From positions 1,216,001 to 1,280,000 of the forward strand of contig CAXXNF010000002.1 of NCBI GenBank assembly GCA_963666365.2: 64,000 nucleotides of DNA. The letters are read 5' to 3'. The position numbers were made by a program, and so were the translations under genes. Positions within the stretch are counted from its first letter, which is position 1. Each line of letters opens with the position of its first letter. This document shows, one piece after another, positions 55,986-64,000 of this stretch. The notes under the pieces were generated by a model. It was not told the origin of the DNA. It did no database searches and saw only the letters and a list, made by a program, of their open reading frames with translations. The stretch is from Syntrophales bacterium. GTDB taxonomy: Bacteria > Desulfobacterota > Syntrophia > Syntrophales > UBA2210.

Positions 55986-57280
55986 TCCTTTCTATTGTCG
56001 ATAACCCGTACGGCCTTGCCTTCGCTCTTGGGAAGCGAATTCGGTTCCACAAGCTCCACCCTGGGGGTAATAAGAATATCGCTCTTCAACTCCTCTGTGA
56101 TCTTCCGTCTGAGATTTTCCAGTTGCTTTAAATTACCGGAGAAGAACTCCTTTTGCACCTCCACCTTGATGATCATGTGATCGTTGTAGCCTTCACGTTC
56201 AAGTATAATCAGGAAGTTGGTCCCCACCTCGGGCACATCCATAAGTTTCTTCTCGATCTGGATCGGAAATATGTTGACTCCCTTGATAATAAGCATATCG
56301 TCGGTTCTTCCCGTGATACGCTCTATCCGGCGATGGGTTCTTCCGCATTCACAGGCGCCGGGGATAATCCGGGTAAGGTCTTTTGTACGGTACCGCAGGA
56401 TCGGCATGCCTTCCCGCCGGAGCGTCGTAAGCACCAGTTCTCCCTCTTCACCCTCTGCTACCGGTTCCAGCGTCTGTGGATCTATCAACTCTACCAGGAA
56501 ATTGTCTTCCCATATGTGCATCCCCTGCTGGCGGGGGCATTCGAAGGCCACACCGGGTCCGTTCATTTCGGAAAGACCGTAGGAGTTGTATGCCTTGATG
56601 CCGTAAAATTCTTCCACTTTTCCTCGCGTCTTTTCTGAGTGCGGTTCAGCCCCCAGAAAACCGATGCGGAGCTTTGTGTCTCTTCTGGGATCCACGCCAA
56701 GCTCTTGAAACACCTCGGTCAGATGAAGCGCGTAACTGGGAATGATGTGAATCGTCGTCGTTTCAAAGTCTTTTATCAACTGGATCTGACGCTTGCTGTT
56801 TCCGGCGCCCGCAGGGATAATCAGGGCACCGACTCGCTCCGCCCCGTAATGAAATCCAAGCCCTCCCGTAAAAAGTCCGTAGGTCATCATGTTCTGGAAT
56901 ACATCACTCTTCCTCATGCCGGTCATGTACATGGAACGGGCAACCATATCCGTCCAGGCATCCAGATCGCGGGAGGTGTGAAATATGACGGTCGCACGGC
57001 CGGTCGTACCCGATGAGGAGTGCATGCGCACCAGTTCTTCCTTCGGTACGCTCAAAAACCCATAGGGCCAATGATCTCTCAGATCATCCTTTGTGGTAAG
57101 GGGTATTTTTCTGATGTCGTCTATGGATTTAACCGAGTCGGGATCGAATCCAATCTTTGCAAACAGTCCTTTATAAAACACCGATAGGGATGCCTGTTTC
57201 ACGGAATCCTTCAGCCCTTGAAGCTGGCGTTCCTCCAGATCATTACGGGTCATAGTCTCAACTGATTTGTCCCAATACAT
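55982..57280 (-). CDS. paaK: Phenylacetate-CoA ligase
   Basis: HSSSGTTG, YGLFTGGLG, YGLSE, RYRTKD and GKAVRVID motifs. Confidence 0.93.
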   Translation of the reverse strand: MYWDKSVETMTRNDLEERQLQGLKDSVKQASLSVFYKGLFAKIGFDPDSVKSIDDIRKIPLTTKDDLRDHWPYGFLSVPKEELVRMHSSSGTTGRATVIFHTSRDLDAWTDMVARSMYMTGMRKSDVFQNMMTYGLFTGGLGFHYGAERVGALIIPAGAGNSKRQIQLIKDFETTTIHIIPSYALHLTEVFQELGVDPRRDTKLRIGFLGAEPHSEKTRGKVEEFYGIKAYNSYGLSEMNGPGVAFECPRQQGMHIWEDNFLVELIDPQTLEPVAEGEEGELVLTTLRREGMPILRYRTKDLTRIIPGACECGRTHRRIERITGRTDDMLIIKGVNIFPIQIEKKLMDVPEVGTNFLIILEREGYNDHMIIKVEVQKEFFSGNLKQLENLRRKITEELKSDILITPRVELVEPNSLPKSEGKAVRVIDNRKD

Positions 57281-57464
57281 TTTTTAGATCACGCTCCTTT
57301 GGAAATAATGTAAGGTTTGTACAACCGTAAGGGTAAATTATCAAGTCAAAACTGTTTTTCAGGACCCGAACTTCCCGGAAGGGAACCTGCGATGAAAATC
57401 ACGCTTCCTTTCAGAGAGCTTCTTTGCTAGATTGAATGCAGAAACTATCAGAAACAGGCATTCC

Positions 57465-58628
57465 ATGTCCCTTTTCCAACATACAAGCACCATCCTTGTC
57501 ACCTGTGCCGCGGGTATTGCACCCCACGTGGAGAGAGAACTCATTACGATGGGATTCCCCGTCGTCACGGGTCATGCCTTCGGCGTAGAAACAGAGGGGA
57601 CATTGGCCGATACCATGTCACTCAACCTGTACATCCGAACAGGCCAGCGCGTGCTCTATCTTATTGCGGATATGAAGGCCGACACACCGCAGGACCTCTA
57701 CAGGGCAGTCTACAATCTGCCCTGGGAAGAGTATATTGATGCATCTGGATACGTGTCGATTGCATCGGTCGTCGACACCCCGTCCATCAACAATTCTCAA
57801 TTTGCCAATCTCAAGTGCAAGGATGCCCTGGCGGACAGATTTTACGCCAAGGCAGGACGACGTCCACATTCGGGTCCGTCACGGGATCGCACGGTGCTTT
57901 TTCTCTACTGGAAGGGAAATCGTTGCAGCCTCTACGTTGACACCTCCGGTGAATCCATCTCCCGAAGAGGCTATCGCATACGCTCTGTGGAAGCCCCGCT
58001 CCAGGAAGCACTGGGCGCGGCACTTATTTATGAATCCTGCTGGCAGCAGCAAGAGCATTTCATTAACCCCATGTGCGGAAGCGGCACCCTTGCCATCGAA
58101 GCGGCCCTGATGGGACTCCAAAGGGCACCCGGTCTTACACGCACAAATTTCGGCTTCATGCACATCCTGGGTTTTGACAGACATGCCTGGCGAGCGCTTT
58201 GCAGCAGGGCATGGAAACAATCGCTGCACGATATTCCGGGTCGCATCATCGCCTCCGACATCGACAAAAACGCCGTCGCAGCGGCACGGGAGAATGCCGC
58301 CCGCGCAGGCGTGATGGAGTGCATTGAATTTATTACCTGCGACTTTCGTGATACTCCGATACCGCCGGGAAGCGGCGTCGTCATGATGAATCCGGAATAT
58401 GGAAAGCGTCTGGGCAACGCGGCAAAACTGCGCACTGTCTACTCCGAAATAGGAGACTTTCTAAAACGGCACTGTCAGGGATACCGTGCCTACATTTTTA
58501 CAGGAAATCTGGAGCTGTCAAAGCAGATAGGTCTGAGATCGAAAAAGAGGACTTCTTTTTTTAACGGCCCTCTCGAATGCCGCCTTCTTGAATACGAACT
58601 GTATTCAGGCAGTAAAAGAAACCCCTGA
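57465..58628 (+). CDS. THUMP-domain RNA methyltransferase (RlmL-like)
   Basis: DTSGESISRRGYR, NPMCGSGT and NPEYGKRL motifs. Confidence 0.88.
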   Translation: MSLFQHTSTILVTCAAGIAPHVERELITMGFPVVTGHAFGVETEGTLADTMSLNLYIRTGQRVLYLIADMKADTPQDLYRAVYNLPWEEYIDASGYVSIASVVDTPSINNSQFANLKCKDALADRFYAKAGRRPHSGPSRDRTVLFLYWKGNRCSLYVDTSGESISRRGYRIRSVEAPLQEALGAALIYESCWQQQEHFINPMCGSGTLAIEAALMGLQRAPGLTRTNFGFMHILGFDRHAWRALCSRAWKQSLHDIPGRIIASDIDKNAVAAARENAARAGVMECIEFITCDFRDTPIPPGSGVVMMNPEYGKRLGNAAKLRTVYSEIGDFLKRHCQGYRAYIFTGNLELSKQIGLRSKKRTSFFNGPLECRLLEYELYSGSKRNP

Positions 58629-58726
58629 AATAGACAAAAAGGTTTTTTACCTTGCAACTTCCGCCGTTAGTACATACACTGCAGCCGAGCAGTACGACGA
58701 AAAAATCAACAGGGAGGCCTCATACC

Positions 58727-60616
58727 ATGCCTGCGGCGACCGAAACCCACTGGCAGGACAAAATTGTAGCCCCGGAAGAAATAATAGGCCACATTCATCC
58801 CGGCATGAAAATATTTATCGGCACCGGTGCCGCTGAACCGAGAACGCTGATCAATGCGGTGATACGGTCGGAGGAACGAAATCTCAGAGATCTGGAATTT
58901 ATCCAGCTGTTAAGCCTGGGAGACGCGTTGCCGAAGGACGAAAAGCAGGCACAGAAATATCGCCTGAAGACTTTTTTTTCGGGATTCGTGGCCAGTGAAG
59001 CAATCGAACAGGGCCGTGTCGACTTGATACCCAGTGTACAATCGCGCATTCCCTCACTCATCTCATCGGGAATTATTGATATCGATGCCGCCTTTGTCCA
59101 GATAACTCCCCCCGATGAGCGAGGCTTTTGCAGTCTCGGCGTTGCCGTTGACGTCGCCCGGCTTGCCATGGAAAAAGCCTCTCTTGTGGTAGGCGAAATC
59201 AATACAGAAATACCCTTCACCATGGGAGACACCTTCGTTCACATCAGCGAATTCGACTTTCTTGTCAATGCAACATACCCGCCTCATTATTTTCCAAGGT
59301 GGCAGGTACCCGAAATCTTTAAAAAACTGGCGCTGAACGTGGCGTCAATGGTGGAGGACGGCGCCAGCATCGCCTTTACGTTCGGTCCCCTTTTTGAAGC
59401 ACTTGTGGAACCGCTCTCGCGAAAGCAGAATCTCAGCGTGCATTCCCTCGTAATGACCGACGCGCTTATGGAGCTTATAAAAAGCGGCGCCGTAACCAAC
59501 AAAAATAAGCTCTTTTTCAGAAACAAAAGCGTTACCTGTTACGCCCAGGGGACGCCGGAACTCTACCACTGGCTTGATCACAATTCTCAGGTGGAATTTC
59601 AGAACATCCACGTCGTCATGAGCCCGACCATTCTCGCCCAGATGGAACAATATATAAAGATACTTCCGGCACGAAAGGTGGATTTGAACGGCGTGGTGGC
59701 CCTCCAGGTGAGAAGAGGGAATGTGACTCTCGACCCCGGCGATGTCCATGCCGTCTTCTACGGCGCAGCCCTTTCTCCCGGCGGAAGAACCATTTTTGCG
59801 CTTCCGAGCCGAAACCGGGAGGGTGAATCGAATATTCTTTTATCGGCCAGCGATCAACCCAACCAGTTTACCAACAGTGAATCGCTCGACTTGATAGTAA
59901 CGGAATACGGGGTCGCCTCCATGAGGGGCCGAACGAGGCGCGAGCGGGCGCTGGCGCTGATCGATATCGCCCATCCCGACGATCGCGGGGAACTCGTCCA
60001 GCAGGCTAAAGACGCCAACATTCTCTACCGGGATCAGATCTACCTGACCGAATCAGGACACTGCTACCCCTACGACATCACCTACCGTCACACGTTCAAG
60101 GATGGGCTGTTTACCGTCTGGTTCCGTCCCATCAAGCCATCGGACGAAGACGATATGCGCAGGATTTTCTATCGCTTTTCCGATCAGGCCGTATATTATC
60201 GATATTTTACGCCGATCAAAACGATGCCCCATATGAAGATGCAGGAATACGTCAACATCGATTATCAGAATGTCATGTCTATCGTAGCAGTCGTGGAAGA
60301 GAGCGGGGTGGAAAAGATCATTGCCGAGGGGCGGTACGTATGCACCCCCCATAGTCCCTACGCCGATGTCGCCTTCATTGTCGACGAAAAATATCAGGGG
60401 ATGGGACTTGCCACTTACCTCTTTGAATTGCTCATCAATACGGCAAAGAAAAAGGGAATCCCGGGATTTTCCGCGGACGTGCTTACTGAAAACAAACCGA
60501 TGCTTAAGGTATTCGAGAGCTCACCCTACCCTGTCCACGCAGTTGTCAGCGCAGGGGTCTATGAATTGACCATCCCCTTTGTGGAGGAAAAAAGTAAAAC
60601 ACTCCCGCAACCCTGA
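58727..60616 (+). CDS. Acetyl-CoA hydrolase/transferase-like domain fused to a GNAT acetyltransferase
   Basis: PPDERGFCSLG and IVTEYGVA...IAHPDDR; C-terminal AFIVDEKYQGMGLA and ENKPML. Confidence 0.9.
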   Translation: MPAATETHWQDKIVAPEEIIGHIHPGMKIFIGTGAAEPRTLINAVIRSEERNLRDLEFIQLLSLGDALPKDEKQAQKYRLKTFFSGFVASEAIEQGRVDLIPSVQSRIPSLISSGIIDIDAAFVQITPPDERGFCSLGVAVDVARLAMEKASLVVGEINTEIPFTMGDTFVHISEFDFLVNATYPPHYFPRWQVPEIFKKLALNVASMVEDGASIAFTFGPLFEALVEPLSRKQNLSVHSLVMTDALMELIKSGAVTNKNKLFFRNKSVTCYAQGTPELYHWLDHNSQVEFQNIHVVMSPTILAQMEQYIKILPARKVDLNGVVALQVRRGNVTLDPGDVHAVFYGAALSPGGRTIFALPSRNREGESNILLSASDQPNQFTNSESLDLIVTEYGVASMRGRTRRERALALIDIAHPDDRGELVQQAKDANILYRDQIYLTESGHCYPYDITYRHTFKDGLFTVWFRPIKPSDEDDMRRIFYRFSDQAVYYRYFTPIKTMPHMKMQEYVNIDYQNVMSIVAVVEESGVEKIIAEGRYVCTPHSPYADVAFIVDEKYQGMGLATYLFELLINTAKKKGIPGFSADVLTENKPMLKVFESSPYPVHAVVSAGVYELTIPFVEEKSKTLPQP

Positions 60617-60632
60617 TCAGACCAAGGATAGA

Positions 60633-61709
60633 ATGACCATGTATGCAGTAGTCATGGCGGGCGGCCGGGGCACCCGATTCTGGCCGCTCAGCAGAGAATC
60701 AAAACCGAAACAGTTACTGAATCTGAGGGGAGAAAAAACCCTCATTCAGGAAACGGTCGAACGCATTGCGCCCCTTGTCCCTCTGGACAACGTGCTTATC
60801 GTCACCGGCGCCGCGCATGCGGACGATGTTATGGCACAGTTTCCGACGCTGCCAAGGGAACAGGTCCTCGTCGAACCGCGGGGAAGAAACACCGCCCCCT
60901 GCATAGGACTGGCGGCGCTTTCCATCAAAAAAAGGGACCCCGAAGCGGTCATGGTAGTGCTCCCGGCAGATCATGTGATTTCGCGAACACCCGCTTTTAT
61001 CGATGCACTTTCAACGGCAATCTCCACTGCACGGAAAAGCAACTATCTGGTCACTGTCGGAATCAAACCGGAGGCGCCGGAGACCGGCTATGGATATATT
61101 GAAGGGGGCGATCCCCTTTCGCCGGATACCGGTTCGTCAGTCCTCAGAGTAGCGTCATTTCGGGAAAAGCCGGATCTGCCGACGGCCCGCTCCTTTCTTG
61201 AAAAGGGGACCTTTTACTGGAACAGCGGCATGTTCGTATGGAAAGTTTCTTCCATAATGAAGGCGCTTCAGGAGACACTCCCCGAGCTGTACAGGGAGCT
61301 TTTGATGCTGGAAGGGACGCTGGGAACCCCCGATGAGAACGAGGCAATCAAAGAAGCCTACGATCGCATTGAGGCAATCTCCATAGATTACGGCGTGATG
61401 GAGAAGGCCTCCAATGTCCTTATCGTACCGGGTGATTTCGGCTGGAACGACCTGGGAAGTTGGGACGCCCTCTGGGCCATTTCGGAAAAAGACGGGAACA
61501 ATAATGTGCTACGCGGCAACGTTATTACGGCTGATGCATGCGACTCGCTTGTCTTCTCAAAGGATAAGCTTGTCACACTTGTGGGGGTCGATAATCTGAT
61601 AGTGGTCGAAACGGATGATGCACTCCTGATACTGAAGCGAGGCCATTCCCAGGACGTAAAAAATGCGGTGGAAATATTGGAAAACCGGGAATGGAAAGGG
61701 TACCTTTAA
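60633..61709 (+). CDS. manC: Mannose-1-phosphate guanylyltransferase
   Basis: AGGRGTRFWPLSR..PKQ, EPRGRNTAP, WNSGMF, SIDYGVME and WNDLGSW motifs. Confidence 0.95.
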   Translation: MTMYAVVMAGGRGTRFWPLSRESKPKQLLNLRGEKTLIQETVERIAPLVPLDNVLIVTGAAHADDVMAQFPTLPREQVLVEPRGRNTAPCIGLAALSIKKRDPEAVMVVLPADHVISRTPAFIDALSTAISTARKSNYLVTVGIKPEAPETGYGYIEGGDPLSPDTGSSVLRVASFREKPDLPTARSFLEKGTFYWNSGMFVWKVSSIMKALQETLPELYRELLMLEGTLGTPDENEAIKEAYDRIEAISIDYGVMEKASNVLIVPGDFGWNDLGSWDALWAISEKDGNNNVLRGNVITADACDSLVFSKDKLVTLVGVDNLIVVETDDALLILKRGHSQDVKNAVEILENREWKGYL

Positions 61710-61715
61710 ACATCT

Positions 61716-61970
61716 ATGACTGTTGCAACCATCATCGGCCTGGCCGCCGCCGTACTTTCGTCGCTTTCAATGGCACCGCAGGTCATAAAAATTTTCAGGA
61801 CCAAGAAAACGGATGATCTTTCTCTGGGCGCTTTCGGTGCGCTCGCATTGGGACTTTTTCTCTGGCTCGTCTATGGCATACTTATCGGGGAACTCCCCGT
61901 CATTCTGGGCAATGCCGTTGGGCTGGCCATGGTGATGTATATCGTCATCATGAAGATCCTGCACAAGTAA
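61716..61970 (+). CDS. SemiSWEET/PQ-loop sugar transporter
   Basis: 84 aa, 3 TM, PQ motif, DLS, WLVYG...PVI..N. Confidence 0.9.
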   Translation: MTVATIIGLAAAVLSSLSMAPQVIKIFRTKKTDDLSLGAFGALALGLFLWLVYGILIGELPVILGNAVGLAMVMYIVIMKILHK

Positions 61971-62699
61971 TCACTGCTTCCTTTTTTTTGACGTTTTCTT
62001 ATGAGGCGCCCGCCAGTGGCCGTTTACCGGAATAACCTCGAGTGTTACCAGCCCCTGCTTCAGCACCGGCCGAATCCAATCCTGTGTATCGACGATTTCT
62101 TCATCGGAAAGAATATCGCCCGCAAGGGTGACAATTCGATCGATGGCCGTACGACTGATGATCTCGCCTGCCGTCATCATGCCGCGGATCTCTCTGATGC
62201 CCTCTAATCCAATATAACGGCCGTCGTTATTCGTACTGCGCAGCCCCACGGCAGACATGGCGCCGATGCATCCCTGACCGGTTTCACCGCCGAACCAGGT
62301 AAATGCATCAAGCTCTTCGGTCAATCGTTTCGCCTCGTCAAGAGGAATAACTTCCCGCTGGGCGCGATATCCGAAAGAGAACAGAACCGGGGGCACAGCA
62401 TCGCGGCACGCAATGCAGAGCCCAGGATTGGCCCCCTCATGGAAATGGTTCTCGAGGAATGAGACGGCATATCGGGCAAGTTCATGAAGTTCGGCGCCGA
62501 TCATTTCCGCATCGATACAGGCACTGCTGTTATGAGACGTGTAGGGAATGTCGGGATGCACCAAGAGTTGATGCCGCGTGACGCGCCCCTGTGCGATCAT
62601 ACCCCTGCATGCCATCTCCTCCGCCAGCATCCGCGTCAGTCTTCCCGTTCCGATGCTCTCTCTGTTGTCCGTATCGTCAATTGCAATGAAGATCTTCAC
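61971..62699 (-). CDS. Hypothetical protein resembling the TiaS N-terminal (DDTD) domain
   Basis: IAIDDTD...GTG, RHQL.VHPDIPYTSHNS and GQGCIGA motifs. Confidence 0.75.
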   Translation of the reverse strand: MKIFIAIDDTDNRESIGTGRLTRMLAEEMACRGMIAQGRVTRHQLLVHPDIPYTSHNSSACIDAEMIGAELHELARYAVSFLENHFHEGANPGLCIACRDAVPPVLFSFGYRAQREVIPLDEAKRLTEELDAFTWFGGETGQGCIGAMSAVGLRSTNNDGRYIGLEGIREIRGMMTAGEIISRTAIDRIVTLAGDILSDEEIVDTQDWIRPVLKQGLVTLEVIPVNGHWRAPHKKTSKKRKQ

Positions 62700-62828
62700 A
62701 AGATCACGCCCCAATGATTTTCCCGCTTCCCGGAAACACCACATTTTACAGAAGCGCATCTTGATACCATCAAGACAGTCTATAATCAAGAGGATTGATT
62801 GCAAGAAATGAGGGGGTGGAAAAGGAGA

Positions 62829-63704
62829 TCAGTTCGAGAAAATTACTTTCCCGGTATCTTTCAGATCGTATCCGGGCAGATTTTTTGATATTTTTCTTAT
62901 GCGATCGGGGTCGAGGCACTCTTTAAACCGCTTCATGGTTCTGGTAAGCCACAGCTCTCTCGGCGCCACCAGATCGAACCGTTCGTCTTTGAGTGGAATA
63001 AAATCGAGCCCCAGCGGATGAGTGACATACTCAATGCCCAACCCGGTGTCGGCCTCATCAAACAATACCTTAAGAGCGACCTCAAGGTGCGTATCAACAG
63101 TGCTGACCGGCCTGAACATTTCCTCCGCCAGATCTTTTTGTCCTGTCAGATATTCAAAAAGGATTCTCGTACCCGAGCCTTTGTTCCGTGCGACGAAACG
63201 GGCCTTTTTTGCGGCAACATCCTCCATGTTCTTAATGCCCAGAGGATTTCCTTTTTTGACAATAAGGCCCTGCTTTCTATACCATAAATTGGTTATCACA
63301 TAGTGCTGATCGCTCATCACGCGTCTTATGAAAGGAAGGTTATATTCCCCCGTTTCCGCATCCAAAATATGGGCACAGCAGGCCTGTCCCTTGCCTTGCG
63401 AAAGGGCCTGTACACCTTCAATACTTCCTATCGATGCGTAATAGGCGCAGGACTCAGGAATGTTTTCCCGGGAGTAGAGGGAAAGAAGCCTTGTCAGAAG
63501 AAAGTCGTCGCTTCCCACGATATGGAGGTCTTTTTCGCGTTCCACATTCTCGTCAATCCAGCGCATGACATGACTCCTCGGGAAGAGCCATTTGCCGGCA
63601 ATGCGCACATGGGGAACCGTCCCGTCACGCACGAGTTCGTAAACTTTTTTTTCATTGAGTCTCAGAAGCTCTGCCAGTTCCCTTGTGGTCAGCATCTCAT
63701 TCAT
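62829..63704 (-). CDS. Excisionase-type HTH + periplasmic-binding-protein-like regulator (molybdate/tungstate-binding family)
   Basis: LTTRELAELLRL; GSDD, GSIEG, QGLIVKKGNP, RNKGSGTR and GYDLKDTG motifs. Confidence 0.85.
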   Translation of the reverse strand: MNEMLTTRELAELLRLNEKKVYELVRDGTVPHVRIAGKWLFPRSHVMRWIDENVEREKDLHIVGSDDFLLTRLLSLYSRENIPESCAYYASIGSIEGVQALSQGKGQACCAHILDAETGEYNLPFIRRVMSDQHYVITNLWYRKQGLIVKKGNPLGIKNMEDVAAKKARFVARNKGSGTRILFEYLTGQKDLAEEMFRPVSTVDTHLEVALKVLFDEADTGLGIEYVTHPLGLDFIPLKDERFDLVAPRELWLTRTMKRFKECLDPDRIRKISKNLPGYDLKDTGKVIFSN

Positions 63705-63738
63705 AATGTGGGTTTTCTAACACGAATCTACTATATGG

Positions 63739-64000
63739 TCAATTTTTTTCGCGGATCACCGGCTTCGACGATTGTTCACGAATAAGTTTTTTCACAAACA
63801 CCTCTTCCCGCTCCATCTCTTCAAGCCTTTCCTGGATATACTTTTTCGCCTCTTCATGCTGGGGAATGAATATTTTTTCCAGGGCATTCACCCTCCGTTG
63901 AACTTTTTTCAGCTCCCGCGAAAGCATAATGATCGTTTTGGTAATGCTGGCATAGGCGACAAGCACTTCAAGTGCTTTTCTCGATCGCTTCTTCGCTTCA
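63739..64000 (-). CDS. atpD: V/A-type ATP synthase subunit D, C-terminal part (gene starts beyond the window)
   Basis: ELKKVQRRVNALEKIFIP...LEEMEREE. Confidence 0.88.
   Translation of the reverse strand, partial: EAKKRSRKALEVLVAYASITKTIIMLSRELKKVQRRVNALEKIFIPQHEEAKKYIQERLEEMEREEVFVKKLIREQSSKPVIREKN

Overview
Chromosomal window from what is probably an anaerobic deltaproteobacterium (Desulfobacterota/Syntrophales-like; inferred from gene content). 1-2870 is a pile of nested insertion sequences: one complete and one partial IS5-family copy, an IS4 fragment, a truncated ISNCY/IS1202-like transposase and REP-type palindromes. A vapBC-type toxin-antitoxin pair follows. 3700-19180 is a type IV/MSHA-like pilus locus: a GT-C/TPR glycosyltransferase, a pilin with a sigma-54 promoter, a membrane-anchored sigma-54 activator split by a 1-nt frameshift in an A7 tract, PilC, an MshEN-PilB, an ExeA-like ATPase, PilQ, PilP-like, PilO, a PilM-PilN fusion and a small HTH gene. 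Next are polX bracketed by inverted repeats, hbd, an acyl-CoA dehydrogenase and IHF. A tight four-gene operon of unknown function follows (double-PilZ/GNAT-like protein, V4R-GAF-PAS hybrid kinase, PP-loop amidotransferase, atypical enolase-superfamily protein). The rest holds purB, nrdDG with NrdR boxes, kdsD, a double zinc-finger thioredoxin, comEA, a Liv-type ABC transporter, several acyl-CoA/aromatic-acid genes, paaK, a THUMP methyltransferase, manC, a SemiSWEET and the end of a V-ATPase D gene. Six ~148-bp MITEs share their terminal inverted repeats and 5-bp target duplications with the IS5 element in the window. I recognised no rRNA, tRNA or CRISPR array. All calls come from reading motifs by eye; no database searches were run.
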